From: a bacterium
Lineage (GTDB): Bacteria; UBA8248
DNA length: 64,000 bases
Reading direction: 5' to 3'
Assembly (NCBI GenBank): GCA_965204535.1
Contig: CBDBEV010000001.1
Coordinates: 1,984,001-2,048,000 of the forward strand
Below the pieces are notes generated by a model. That model had not been told where the DNA came from. It worked only from the letters and a program-made list of their open reading frames with translations, and searched no databases. The first letter of the stretch is position 1, and the number at the start of each line of letters is the position of its first letter. Shown piece after piece: positions 63,786 through 64,000 of this stretch. The translations under genes were made by a program, and so were the position numbers.

Positions 63786-64000
63786 GAGGGGGGCGTTCCC
63801 CCCTGTTTCGAGCGCTTCGTCTCCCCATATATCCTTTTATACTCGTGGTAATAGCCCAACACTCTTTTGACGTAGTTTTTCGTTTCCTGGTAGGGAATTT
63901 CCTCGATGAAAATTTCGATCGGCTTGTTGCGCCCGGCCGCCCACCATCTTTTGACGGGTCTGCGCCCCGCGTTGTAGCTCGCTATCGCGGGAACGAGCGC
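63782..64000 (-). CDS. Lytic transglycosylase (SLT domain), C-terminal part only
   Basis: Manual translation AIASYNAG...FIEEIPYQETKNYVKRV; stop TGA overlaps the anmK ATG. Confidence 0.85.
   Translation of the reverse strand, partial: ALVPAIASYNAGRRPVKRWWAAGRNKPIEIFIEEIPYQETKNYVKRVLGYYHEYKRIYGETKRSKQGGTPPS

Overview
High-GC bacterial chromosome segment. The backbone is housekeeping and metabolic: gatA (runs off the left edge), diadenylate cyclase, degP, serS, thiE/thiL, fbp with a class I aldolase, bioD, nagA, anmK and a partial slt at the right edge. Several defence-like inserts interrupt it. (1) A type I R-M locus whose HsdS carries an N-terminal MNT nucleotidyltransferase, directly behind a HEPN (RX4HXY) gene, so a HepT/MntA-type toxin-antitoxin pair appears built into the R-M complex. 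(2) A low-GC operon Vsr, GHKL/MORC-ATPase-histidine kinase, receiver protein, Dcm, with no recognisable restriction nuclease. (3) A low-GC TIGR04255-led three-gene operon with a possible ADP-ribosyltransferase-like last gene. (4) An orphan HEPN-like gene, a Phd-VapC pair and a 5'-truncated RelE-like toxin with its antitoxin. The ORF track splits one AhpD/CMD-like gene at two in-frame UGA codons (U-Y-G-U) followed by a SECIS-like hairpin, which suggests a two-selenocysteine protein; yqeC and a molybdenum hydroxylase subunit lie nearby. An IS1182-family element and ~185 bp MITEs share its terminal repeats, insert into the same palindromic repeat family and carry GTAG REP pairs. All family calls come from motif recognition; no database searches were run.
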